Shown here piece after piece: positions 1 to 11,928 of a DNA stretch of 64,000 bases. A program made the translations under genes and the position numbers. Position 1 is the stretch's first letter, and every line of letters starts with the position of its first letter. The DNA lies in assembly GCF_009914755.1 (NCBI RefSeq), contig NC_060936.1, one strand, 5' to 3'. This DNA comes from the human T2T-CHM13v2.0 reference genome, Homo sapiens. The notes beneath the pieces were generated by a model that searched no databases, had not been told where the DNA came from, and saw nothing but the letters and a program-made list of their open reading frames with translations.

Positions 1-214
1 AAATATCAATGGAAACTGTTTCATAAGATTTCATGACTCAAAAACGCATGCCCTGTGTTCCCACTGTATTTCTCACTGTTAATCTCTTTTTAGTTTTTTC
101 TTCTTCACCTCTTACAGGCTTCTATCTTCAATCTCCTTTCCTTCCTTGCTAGTTCAAACTGTAACTGACGATGGGTTTTCTTCTCGACTGGCTTCATTTT
201 TGCTGTTCTTCCAG

Positions 215-259
215 GAGAAAAATCTATTACCTGCCCCGCCGTTACAAGTTCATGAGCAG
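215..259 (+). CDS. ANO4: ANO4 internal coding exon, 45 nt, phase 2-2, (R)RKIYYLPRRYKFMS(R)
   Basis: Acceptor ttttgctgttcttccag ends at 214; donor gttagt at 260. Translation matches recalled ANO4 and joins in frame to the exon at 12890. Confidence 0.93.
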
Positions 260-532
260 GTTAGTAGCACGCTCTGTCCTGACAGTGTTTGTCTTTCTGT
301 TGGCCCGTGTGCTCCAACAATGACAAGGAGCTATAAGCTGGGGAAGATGAGCCTGTGTCACATGGGAAAGTTGGCTGCCATGCACATTTTAAAATCAGCT
401 GTGTCTGATTAGCCTGAGGAGAAAAAAAGATGAAAACGTCCCTCTCCGCGTCTTCCCAGTAACTTCTTCCCACTTGGGGGGATTGCCATTCATCTGCAAG
501 TGTGCTGGGGCTATTGCTTTTTAGCCCATTCT

Positions 533-686
533 TTTTTTTTTTTTTAATTTCAATAGTTTTTGGGAAACAGGTGGATTTTGGTTACGTGGATAAGTTATTT
601 AGTGGTGATTTCTGAGATTTTGGTGCACCCATCACCTGAGCAATGTATACTGTACCCAATGTGCAGGCTTTCATCCCTCGCCCCCT
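533..686 (-). mobile_element. 5'-truncated L1 3' end (L1PB-like), ~154 bp
   Basis: Poly-T followed by antisense L1PB 3'UTR sequence. Perfect 16-bp TSD CTTTTTAGCCCATTCT at 517-532 and 687-702. Confidence 0.85.
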
Positions 687-797
687 CTTTTTAGCCCATT
701 CTATTAGATAAATTATCAAAAATCCCAATATCTTTGGCCTAGATGTTCTCCCTTCCCTTCCCTTTCTTTTTCTTTTTTCTTTTTCTTTCTTTCTTTC

Positions 798-1090
798 TTT
801 TTTTTTTTTGAGACAGAGTCTTGCTCTGTCACCCAGGCTGGAGTGCAGTGGTACCATCTCCGCTAACCGCAACCTCCGCCTCCTGGGTTCAAGCGATTCT
901 CCTGCCTCAACCTCTTGAGTAGCTGGGATCACAGGCATCTACCACCACGCCCAGCTAATTTCTGTATTTTTAGTAGAGAGAGGGTTTCACCGTGTTGGCC
1001 AGGCTAGTCTCGAACTCCTGACCTCAGGCGATCCGCCCACCTCGGCCTCCCAAAGTGCTGAGATTACAGGGTGAGCCACCACGCCTGGCC
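798..1090 (-). mobile_element. AluS (Sx/Sz-like) with CT-rich degenerate tail
   Basis: Full antisense Alu dimer ending ...gagccaccacgcctggcc. Confidence 0.95.
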
Positions 1091-1863
1091 AATGTTATTT
1101 TTTTCTACAAAAATTCCTCCCTCCACTATATGTAATTTGAAAGCTTGAAGTGCAGATAGTCATCCTTAGCTGCTGGCTACTTGACTTCATGAGTGGGGTC
1201 CTCCTATGTTAGTAATATTTTGTTAATAACATATGCAGATGTATAGCCTCACTCAGGTGCCCTTCCTACCCTCTTTTCTGCCAAAAAAAAAAAAAAAAAA
1301 AAAAAACCCCACCAGATGAAGATTGCATCTACTATACTTTGTATCCTCCGAAAGCTTGTTTTTCCTTGTTTTTTGAGGAGCTAGGGAGAAGGGGAATGCA
1401 TCAATGATGATGTCCTCTAATTTGATTCTGTTGTGATCATTGGAGAATCTAATTTCAAAATCTTAATTGATCTTATGTTTTCATTCACCCTGAGCTGAGC
1501 TGAGCTGATGGTTAAACTGGGAAACTAGTAAATTTCTCTGAAAATCCTAGTTAGTTCAACTCTATGAAATTTAGAATTCAGGTTCCCTCTGTTTATATGC
1601 TATGTTGAGTGATAAATAAAAGAGTAGTTGGTACATTATGGTGGGTTTACTCAAATGCATGTTTACTCAGTGAAGTACAGTGTGAGAACTGACCTCCAAA
1701 GAAGTGAAAATGTTGTTTCTCAAAAATTGCCTGCGAGCAAGCTTATTGGCAGTTCTTTCATTAAGCAGTTGACATGACATTTGGATTCACCATGATTTAG
1801 ATTGCTACCTTGTCACACTGTAATCATCTGTACAATCCTGATATAACAGTTTAGCCTATATTA

Positions 1864-2042
1864 ATAGTTCTCAAACTCCAGCCAGCATCAGAATCACCTT
1901 GTTAAGGCACAGATTTCTAGGCCTCAACCCCAGAGTGTCTTGTTCAGTAGATCTGCAGTGGGGATGGGGAATTTTCACTTCTAATGGATTCCCAGCTGCA
2001 GCTAATGCTGCTGGTCACGGGACGATGTTTTGGAAACCATTG
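1864..2042 (-). mobile_element. MER5A (hAT-Charlie)
   Basis: tagttctcaaa...gcatcagaatcacc...tttggaaaccattg; TIR remnants and typical size. Confidence 0.75.
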
Positions 2043-2344
2043 GTCTGTATGATAGGCCAAGCTCCATCTTCTCATTAAAATACGGATTTGACTGACTATG
2101 GGACGGGAAAACAAAAACCAATATCAAAGAAAACCTGAAGGAAACACAGCAAGGTGAAGAGAGGTTTCTCCCAACTTTGAGGGCTAAGTGGAAATATCAA
2201 GTTTGTACATGATACTGTTTCAGTATTCTAGATTCTAAAAAGAATGTAGGGTTGGGAGAAGTCTTATTCTTGTTTGGAATTGCCAAGTCAGCAAAGTCAG
2301 TATGTGTGGAACAGAGCACATTGGGGTCATAAAACCTATGTTGG

Positions 2345-2480
2345 CACTGGATGACTTTGGGCAGGTTACTTCACTTCTCTGAGCCTGAGTTTTTCACATT
2401 TATAAAATGATATTAACTTCTCCCCTGTATGGTTTATGTGAGGTTTAGTGCCTAGTATGTAGCTGATGTGCACAAATAGT
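2345..2480 (+). mobile_element. MIR fragment
   Basis: tgactttgggcaggttacttcacttctctgagcctgagttttt core. Confidence 0.7.
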
Positions 2481-2754
2481 ATCTATTAATACTTATTACA
2501 TGTAATAATTAATACATGTAATAATTAATAATTACATGTAATAATTATGTCTTTGCAGAAGGGTATCCTTCTATTCTTTCTGTCGTGCTTCTGAATTTGT
2601 TATCCATCTGTAAGTCTCTCCTTTCTTCTATCCTCTAGCAACTAGTCCACTAACTGTTCTGAGTTTATCTGCCAAGTAGTCATTTTCTCCATTTATATTC
2701 TCTATACAGGCATTGGCTCTACTTCCCACACAGTCACCTAATTTAAAACCTAAG

Positions 2755-2890
2755 GGTCCAGGTGTGGTGGCACACACCTGTAGTCCCAGATACTTGGGAG
2801 TCTGAGGCAGTGGGATCACTTGAGTCAAGGTGTTCAAGCCTAGCTTGGGCAACATAGTGAGGCCCCATCTCTAAAAATGTAAATAAAAAA
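2755..2890 (+). mobile_element. FLAM (free left Alu monomer)
   Basis: Single ~130-bp monomer with A tail. aaaacctaagggtc is repeated at 2745-2758 and 2889-2902 (TSD at a TT/AAAA site). Confidence 0.85.
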
Positions 2891-2949
2891 AACCTAAGGG
2901 TCATTTTGGATGTTTTGCTTGCTCATCTAGTCAGTCTCTCAAATTCTGC

Positions 2950-3580
2950 GGGTGCAGATGAATATTTCTAAAAGTCTATATATTACTCTTCATTCCCACT
3001 GCCATTGACTTAGGCTGAGCTCCCATCACCTCTTGCCTAAACATCAGTTTATCTTCCTGCCTCCTTTCTGACCCCTTCCAAACTCTCTTCTATTCATCTC
3101 CTGAGTAGCAAATCTGATTATTGTCACTTGGTGGCTACCATAGAGTGATCACAATAAGGTTAAAAGCATTAGCTTAATTACAGCCCTTTATAAACTGTCC
3201 TCGCCCATCGCTTCCCTCCCACCACTCTTTGCTCCATCCATATTGAGCTCATCGTTTCCAAACATATGTTATGCTCACGTGGGTTTATGTGCTTTTGCGT
3301 ATAGTGGTCCTTCTGGAAGATCCTTTCCTTTATTGTTCACCAAGGTGAGGTCTACTCAGTCCTCAAAACTCAGTCCACATTTTTGCCTTTTGCCCAGGTC
3401 AAATGATCTCTTTTCTGCTTTTCCATTAGAATCCTATGGCCCCATCACCCTGTGCTGTAATCTATGATGTAGGTGTCTAGCTCTCTACCTGGGTGGTATT
3501 TGAAGGCAAGGATGACTCATTCAATTCTATATTTCCAGCACCAAGCACATAGGAGATGGAGTGAATGAACAAATGAATCT
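2950..3580 (+). mobile_element. L2 fragment(s) with 3' end
   Basis: Degenerate L2-like sequence ending gtgaatgaacaaatgaat. Confidence 0.55.
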
Positions 3581-4628
3581 CCACATGCGTGTATGAGGAT
3601 TGGAGTAGGGAGAAAGGAAATCACGAAGAAAAGAAGCATAGAAAAACCAGGTCTGCCTAAAGTTTCAGACACAGCCTTGGGATGAAAACATTTGCTCAAA
3701 CAATGGGGGTGGGATGGACAATAAGGGCTTAAAAGAAAACAGTGATAAAAGGAACTATAGAATCTCAAGGTTTTATGGGATATTAAATGCCATCAAGTCC
3801 AACCATTCATCAGATACTTAAACTTCTGCTTTCTGGTCAGCCAGTCTATGTTTGAACATCTCTGGAGATAGTAAACTCCCTGGCCCATCTGTGGGCAGCT
3901 GTGACTGTTACAAAGTTCTTCTTTAAAATAAGCTATAATCTCTATCTCTTTAGTTTTCACTCTTTGATTGGAGTTCTGCCCCCTGGATGGATAAAAAAAT
4001 AATCTAGAGCAAAAAGGCAAAGCATGTGAGAAATATTCTGAAATATAGGCAAAAGGGCTTAGCACTTAGCAGCTATTTGGAAATTCAGAGTTGAGGAGAA
4101 TGAGGTTCTGACACCTAAGGGCTAGGGAAAATATTGTTGGAGGTAAAAGAAGACTGGAAATCGAGAGGAGATACAGGTGTGGTGAGGAAGTTGACTTTTT
4201 AAAATTGATTCTGTATTATAACTCAACAGTAGATTTCTTAGGTGTTGGTGTCTTAAAGGCCTTTGGAACTGATGGCAAAGCAGCTGAAGAGAGTGGTAAT
4301 GCTAGAGAATCCAGTGTGGGAGTCAGCATGACCTTAGCGAGGGGAGTGTATGGAATATCCCAGGAGGAGATGTAAAGGGTGAAGAGAAGAGTGCCTGTGG
4401 CAGTTCCTTTGAAAATCTGCATTAATGGGATGGGGGAGACCTGAGGAGAATGAAAAAGAACAATTAGAGAAGTAGAAGGAGAATGAAGAGAGGGTGGTGT
4501 CAAAGGCACCAAGAATGAGATTCCACAAGGAGGGCTGTGCTTCAGCTTCTGATGATCAATCAGAGATGAGAATCAATTTTGGATATTTAGAAGTTTCAGT
4601 AATCTCTGTGACAGCAGTCTCCATGGAG

Positions 4629-4815
4629 TGATGGTTCTCAAACGTGTGTCAGGATCATCTGGAGGGCTTTTAAAAACACGGATCACTGGGCGCATCCCCA
4701 GTGTGTCTGATTTGGTAGGTCTGAGGTGGGGCTCGATAATTTGCACTTCCATCAAGATCCCAAGTGATACCTGTGCTGATGTTACTGACCCTGGACCACA
4801 TGTTGAGAACCATCA
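4629..4815 (-). mobile_element. MER5A (hAT-Charlie) inserted in L2-like sequence
   Basis: MER5A body with terminal inverted repeats; degenerate 8-bp TSD ccatggag/ctatagag. Confidence 0.8.
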
Positions 4816-5043
4816 CTATAGAGTGGAGGATAATGGAAACCAAATTACAGCCAGTGGTGGAAGGATGAGGGCTGGATGAATCAGAGGCAATGAGGGTTTA
4901 CTGCTACTTTGATAAGTTTCATGGTAGAGGAAGGAGAAAGAGGGGACAGGATTTAAAACAGGAGCCAAGAGGAGGAAGGCAGAGGAGACTATGACCTTGT
5001 GACCCATCACATGTTCTCCATGTGTGCAGAGGAGAGGCTTTGA

Positions 5044-5391
<348 letters not shown>

Positions 5392-6774
5392 GAGAAATCC
5401 TTCTTTCTAAAGCTGAAGGAATGGCTTACAAAACACTAGTCTTTGGGCTGGAAACATTGGTGCTACTTCTAGCGCACACATCACAACTACAGAAGAATTT
5501 AGGCATTGGAAGGTACTGGAAGACTCTGGGCCAAGCTAAAGGAAAAAGAAATCCCAACGAAGGTAGTTGATTCAGAATGGCCTCTCAAAATAGGCTTCAT
5601 TGCATACCACATAGAATTAAGTCTTTGATATCACTGGGATGTGTGACTTTCTGAAGCCCAGTGTATGGTGTACATTTAAAATCCACGTTGTCAGAAAATG
5701 TTGCATCTACCTTAACTCTTCATTTCACATCAGAACAGACTGATTTAGATGATGGAGAGTGTCTTTTTCTTTGTAGCCAGCTCTGATATTCTAAATTGAA
5801 GGCCACATATACAACTTGCCATCTAGTAGTACATCAATAATGCAACACTGACCTCCAATATCCTAAAATTCCCGTCGTATGAAATCTTGATATTTAAGTT
5901 AGCTTGGAGTTTCATTTATATAAGTGATATTGAATTTTATTAATCCATGAAAGCATCTCTGAAACAAACCTATTCCCTAAGAATAAATGAATTAATATCT
6001 CTAAGGTTTCTGAGCAGGCAGAGAAATAAAGCACTTCTTCATAATATCTTTATTTTAAAAAATCACTTGACTCTCATAAAGCATACTCATGTAGTTCAGA
6101 CATGGATTTTTGGAGTTAATGCTCTTTTTATCCATGTACTTGGTCTATTAAATGCTGCTTTCTTTCTTATCTTTGGACAGGCTTATAGCCATTATAAATT
6201 GCCTATCCAATAAAAAGGAGGAATTTATCATCTTTTGGCTGCCCTTTTTTTTTGCCTTCATAAAATATTGCAAATATAGTCTGTGGAAGATATGATTACA
6301 AAATAACAAATCTGATTATTATGGGTGGCTTGTAGGTGGAGTCTCATTACTACTCCTTCCTTCCACCCCCCATATGCATTCTGCCTGACTTGATCCTGGG
6401 TGAGGCTTGACAGTGTGAATGCTGGACTGTATTGCATTATACATTCAATGCAGTCACAACTTATCAGATGAGCATACAGGCAAAAGGACAAAATGGCTTG
6501 TGTATTTTCATCCTCGTTTTAAAAAACTAATACATGTAAATGTTCCAAAGCCTTTGGAGTCTTCTATAAGGTATTTAGGCTATGCTCCAAATAGTACCCC
6601 TGTGACCTAAAAGAATAACATTAGCTTTCTAAGATCTCTAAATTCTATCCAGGCAGAGGCTTGTAAATCTGGAGACTTGGCTCTAAGAAAATGAAAAACA
6701 AATTCATGCCTCTGCTGTCTATTATCATTCCAAGAGGGTGTCATTTACTGTAATGTAGAGCTGTGTGCTACTGA

Positions 6775-6880
6775 AAGAAAGAAAAGGAGGGAAGGAAGGA
6801 AGGAAGGAAGGAAGAAAGGAAGGGAGGGAGGGAGGAAGGAAGGGAAAAGAAAAGAAAAGAGAAAAGAAAAGAAAAGAAAG
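6775..6880 (+). repeat. Polypurine (GGAA)n/(GGGA)n/(GAAAA)n compound microsatellite
   Basis: About 105 nt of pure A/G sequence. Confidence 0.95.
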
Positions 6881-8657
6881 CTCATCTGTAGGTTCCCTCT
6901 AGGCATATCATCGCTGATAATGTAATCTGTTAGAAACATGATGCTATTATTATAATATTCTTTACTGGGGAAAAGTAGGTGTCTTCAAAGTAGGCCTGCT
7001 TCATTTAATTCAGTCTGATTAGGTTATCATTAGTGTACAGTCCCTCCTGGGTTGTTAGTGGCTCAAGGGAAATGACCTTTCTTCTACTTCCTCAGGCTAT
7101 GCCCACAGCATGCAGGTTGGCATTCTGTACATTGTAGGCAGTTTATAAAGGTCTCCTGACAGGTTAGCATGTTGGGAGCAAGATCCTTTGCACATATGTG
7201 GCCTTTTCCTTAATCATCACCTCTCCTAAGTTGGGTAAGATTATCTCCCCTTTAGAGCTGAGGGAACTGAGAGTCAAAGAGATCAAATAGAACCTTCCCA
7301 AGACCAAACTTGGGAAGCCATCGCAGAGCTGGCAAGTTTGTACCCATTTGCTTATACTGTATTGTCAGCTCTTCCCAGGTACCCGGAATCTCACCTGTCA
7401 TGAATCAGCATGAAGGAAACCTGAGCTTACCATCAGAACAACTTTCTGTAAAAATAACTCACATTGTAGTCCAGATATTAACTTGACAAGTTAGGGCCAG
7501 AAATGCCCAAGTGTCTGATCCATTTTCCCTTTATTGATTTGCCTGTGTAGTGTGTAAGAGGGCTTTTGCTCAGTAAATAGCAAAAATGGAACAAAGTGAC
7601 AACATACCCAACCAAAATCAATGCTAAATCATTAAGCCAATGTTTTCTCTTTTCTATTCCCTATTGGTGGAGGCTTCATTAAGTAAAGTCTATACTAAAG
7701 TCCACTCCTATACTGAAGAGACAAATGGGGTGCTTTCTGGTTAGTTGGTTTCCAGACTTTAACATATCTAAGTAAATTTCAGGGTTAACTATTTAGGGAT
7801 GTTTATTAGGTGGGAACACAGACATCAATCTACTAGGGAGATTCACAGATTTTGAACTTTTATTGGGAAAAGAGCAATCTATGTAGAAGTTCATCATTAT
7901 TGTCACCATAATTTTCTTCGTCCTAGAAACTATCACTCAATCGAGCCCTTTGTGCATCCAAGGCATTGTGTAAGCACTTGATATCCATGATCATGTTTAA
8001 TCCTTACCATTGCCTTGTTCTATGGATTCTGTTGGCTCATAGAGGTTTAATTACTTGCCCAGCAAGGTCTATAAAACTGGAATGTGAATCATCAGCTTCC
8101 AGCTGACTCCAAAGTCCATCATTGTATACTAAAGGTTATCTAACATTGTATACTAAAGGTTATCATTAATTCAAGTTTGAATTAATCACATAAGTGACAT
8201 AATCAAGATATTATCACCCAAATCACCAACAACCTGTAGTATCTAAAGAATATCTGGCTGATCATCATTTTAGAGATGAGAGCACTAAGGTTAGGTGAGG
8301 ATAAAGGGCTTGTCCCAGGCCACACTGATGTATGACCACAGAATCAAGAGTCCAACTTGAATCTTACGCTTTCCAGCCTAGTGGCTTTTGCATTATGTGC
8401 TTCTGTCTTGCATGATTGAAGGGGGCCCTAAGTGAAGTCTGAGTGTGGCAAAGTTTGGAGACAGGAATGTGTTTGTGGAAGAGCAGACTAGGGGAGCACT
8501 CACTCATTATCCTGCCACAGAGAGATAGACTCTTGTTCCCAGAGCCACCTAACTGGGAGGTGAGAACAGCATGTGGAATGGCAGCCTTAACAGTGGGAGC
8601 CTGGCTAGCTGTTGCCAGGTCTTGAGGAGAGGATCAGACCGAGAGTGTTTTAAGAGG

Positions 8658-9250
8658 TGTATTCATTTCCTATTGCTGTCCTAACGCATTGCGACGAATT
8701 TAACAGCATAAGACTACACAAATGTATTAGCTCACAATTCTGTAAGTCAGAGGTCCAGGAAGAGGAGGCTCAACTGGTTTGTCTGTTCAGGGTTTCCCAA
8801 GGCTGCAATCAAGGTGTTGGTCACCCTGGGCTTTTATCTGGAGACTCTGGGGAAAATCTGCTTCTGGGTTCATTTAGGTTGCTGGCACAATTCAGTTCAT
8901 GTAATCATAGGACTGAGATCTCCATTTCTTTATTGGCTGAAAGTCTTCCTCAGCTTCTAGAGGCTGCCTGCATTCCTTGCCTCCTAGCTCTTTTCATCTT
9001 CAAAGCCAGCAATGGTGGGTCAAGTGCTTCTCAAACTTTGAATCTCTCTGATTCTCCTTCTGCCACATCCCTCCTGCTAGAGAAAGTTCTGCTTTCAAAG
9101 GTCTCATGTGGTTAACTTGAGCCCATCTGAGTAATTCAGGATGCTCCCCCTATCTTAAGGTCTGTAACCTTCCTTACATCTCCAAAGTCCCTTTTGCCAT
9201 GTAACATAACATATTCACAGGTTCTGGTGTGTACATCTTTGTGGGGGCAA
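8658..9250 (-). mobile_element. MaLR solo LTR (MLT1D/E-like)
   Basis: tgtattcatttcctattgctg...; ends with cttttgccatgtaacataacatattcacaggttct. Confidence 0.75.
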
Positions 9251-9456
9251 CTCTGGTAACCAGAGGAAGACACAAACTGCTGACCATGTTTGAGTGTTTG
9301 GTTTAGTCGTAGTGAAGTGCACACAGCATGCACAGCCGTGTGTAATGGAACCTGGACAACATGCCTTGTCCACCTGCTTCTGCTCAGGCTCCTCAGTGAA
9401 GGCCAGTTCACACCCTCCAGCCCCCATGCCCAACCAGTGTCTCGGGGATTTTATTT

Positions 9457-9713
9457 ATTTATTTATGACACGGAGTCTTACTCTATCTCCCAGGCTGAAG
9501 TACAATGGTGCGATCTCGGCTCACTGCAACCTCTACCTCCCAGGTTCAAGTGATTTTGCTGCCTCAACCTCCTAAGTAGCTGGGATTACAGGTGCACACC
9601 ACCATGCCTGGCTAATATTTGTATTTTTAGTAGAGATGGGGTTTCACTATGTTGGCCAGGCTGGTCTCACGCCTGTAATCCCAGCACTTTGGGAGGCCAA
9701 GGCAGGCAGATCA
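9457..9713 (-). mobile_element. AluS with inverted 5' segment
   Basis: Antisense body up to ggtctc, then sense Alu nt ~16-65. TSD CGGGGATTTTATTT at 9443-9456 and 9714-9727. Confidence 0.9.
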
Positions 9714-10704
9714 CGGGGATTTTATTTTTAAGATGTTCTTTTGAATGTGTTTCTTCCACCACAGTTTTTTAAAAAGCCCAGTTCCTTTGCTTTCCATCAC
9801 TTTTATGTTAGTCCTGTGTGGTCCTTAAGAAATTATTAATAATGCTTGCTATCTGTCTGGCAGCTTCTCCAAAGCATTTCATACTCACCATGTTTTATGA
9901 GCCCACTAACCACTCTGTAAGGTCAGTAAGATGATAATGATGATAATGATGATTATTGTTACTATTACCTCTATTTTATAACCTTGGAAAAGAAGGCTCT
10001 GAAGGGTAAATAACTTGTGGAAGGTCATACAGCTGAGGCGCAAGAGAGCCACCCCAGTTACAAATCTCAGCTTCCTTTTACCATGCCAAGCAGCATCCTC
10101 TTGCCTCCTTCTTGCTTCCTCTTTTTCACATATTTCAATTAATTAATCATTTTAATTACCCTGTTCTACTCTCTTTTCATCATCTCCACATTTCAATTAA
10201 ATTGTGGTGCCACAGGCTGGCTGCTGAAAGCTGCCATTTCACTCCTATAGAGTAGTTATGCCTGATTTTTTTTTTTACAGCTTTATTTGTTTTTATCCAT
10301 GCTGAGCACTGTACCCAGCTGGATTCAATTCATAGTCATCGCACACAGAGCCCAGATTCTGTGGGAATGTGAATTTTACAAAGTGTGATCTGATTAGTCC
10401 TGCAGACTGGAGATGTGTGGGAGGTAAAAGCTCTATAATAAAAAACCTTTGGGCCAATGGCCTCTTTCTTGAATGAGTTTTAAGGCAATCAAATGAAATA
10501 AAGCCAAGAGCCATGGGGAAGGCCACCATCTTAGCTGAGGAAGTCTAATTTATGTGTCCATATAAGGACTAAATCATTGAGCATAGACTAGTGATAGATG
10601 CTGGTGAAACACAATTAACTTTGAATTAAAAAGCAAAAAACAGAAATGTTAAGCGGCAAGCTGGTTGCTCAATATTTTTATTTTTGGAAAAAAGAGAAAA
10701 ACAG

Positions 10705-10945
10705 TAATAATAGCCAGCATTTCCTGTATACCAGACAGTTCTAAAGACTTTATATATGTATTAATAAGTTCATCATCACAACTCTACGAATTGGGTATCA
10801 TTATCATGCCCATTTTATAGATAAGGAAACTGAGGCTCAGCAAAGTTAAATCACTTGCCCAAGGTTTTGCTGTTAATATTAACAGAGCCAGGATTTGAAT
10901 CTAGGCATTCCAGCCCCATAGTTCATGTTGTCAACCACTGTGTCA
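10705..10945 (-). mobile_element. MIR, near full length
   Basis: cccattttatagataaggaaactgaggctcag...acttgcccaagg...ggatttgaatc. Confidence 0.85.
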
Positions 10946-11231
10946 TGCTGCTTCTCTAAAGCCCATCATCTCACTATATTTTAAGTATATTTCTTTTGGG
11001 GCGGAGGGTTCTCTTGGGGAGGAGGGTCCTAGAGCCACTGTGAGATTCTTTTCAGTTTGACCCTTTGGGAGTTCTGAAGAAGGACAGCCACCACCAAGCA
11101 GAGTTGGGATCATGGTGAGGCTGGAACAATGCTGAGAATAAAGGAGATAGTGAAAGAGAAGTTTACCATTATTTTTTAGTTTGGAATTGATTGGTTATAT
11201 AAATAATATTATCTTCAGCTGAGAGTTTCAC

Positions 11232-11536
11232 TGTGATGGTTAATTTTATATGTTCAACCTGGCTGGGCTAAAGGATGCCCAGATAGCTGGTAAAACATTA
11301 TTTTGGGGTGCATCTGTGATAATGTTTCCAGAAGAGATTAGCATTCAAATCAGTAGACTTAGTAAAGAAGCTGATCCTCCCCAGTGCAGGTGGGTGCCAT
11401 CCAACCCATTGAGTGGAACTAGAAGATGGAGGAATAGTGAATTTGCTGCTGCTTGAGCTGGGACATCTCTCTTCTTCTGCCCTTAGACATCAGTGCTCCT
11501 GGTTCTCTGGCCTTCAGACTTGGATCAGGATTTGCA
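11232..11536 (+). mobile_element. MLT2D (ERVL) LTR 5' part, left arm of fold-back
   Basis: Starts tgtgatggttaatttt...gatgcccagatagctggtaaaacattatt, the recalled MLT2D 5' end. Confidence 0.85.
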
Positions 11537-11928
11537 CGGTTAGCTCATAAGATTCTGGAGAGCAAGAAGTCCCGCAATCTGCAGTTTTTAAGAAGGAGGC
11601 CTAGGAAACCTGATGGTGTAAGTCCCATTTCCAGTGTAAAGGCCTGAGAACTAGGAAGGCCAATGTCCAAGGGCAGGAGAAGATGGATGTTCCATCTCAA
11701 GCAGACAGCAAATTCACCCTGCCTCCACTTTTTTGTCCTATTCAGGTCCTCAATGGATTAGATGGTGCCCACCTGTGTTGGTGAGGGCCAACTTCTTTAC
11801 TAAGTCTACAAACTCAAACACTGATCTCTTCAGGAAACAACCCCACAGACACACCTCAAAATAATGTTTACCAGCTATCTGGACATCCCTTAACTTAGCC
11901 AAGTTGACACAGTAAATTAGCCATAACA
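11537..11928 (-). mobile_element. MLT2D (ERVL) LTR 5' part, right arm of fold-back
   Basis: Reverse complement starts tgttatggctaatttactgtgtcaacttggc...ccagatagctggtaaa. Confidence 0.85.

Noticed and set aside
1490-1507. (GAGCT)n resembling immunoglobulin switch repeats
   Set aside because: Only about three units; trivial microsatellite.
6790-6840. GGAA microsatellite as an EWS-FLI1-type enhancer
   Set aside because: Only about five consecutive GGAA units; too short and interrupted to support the claim.
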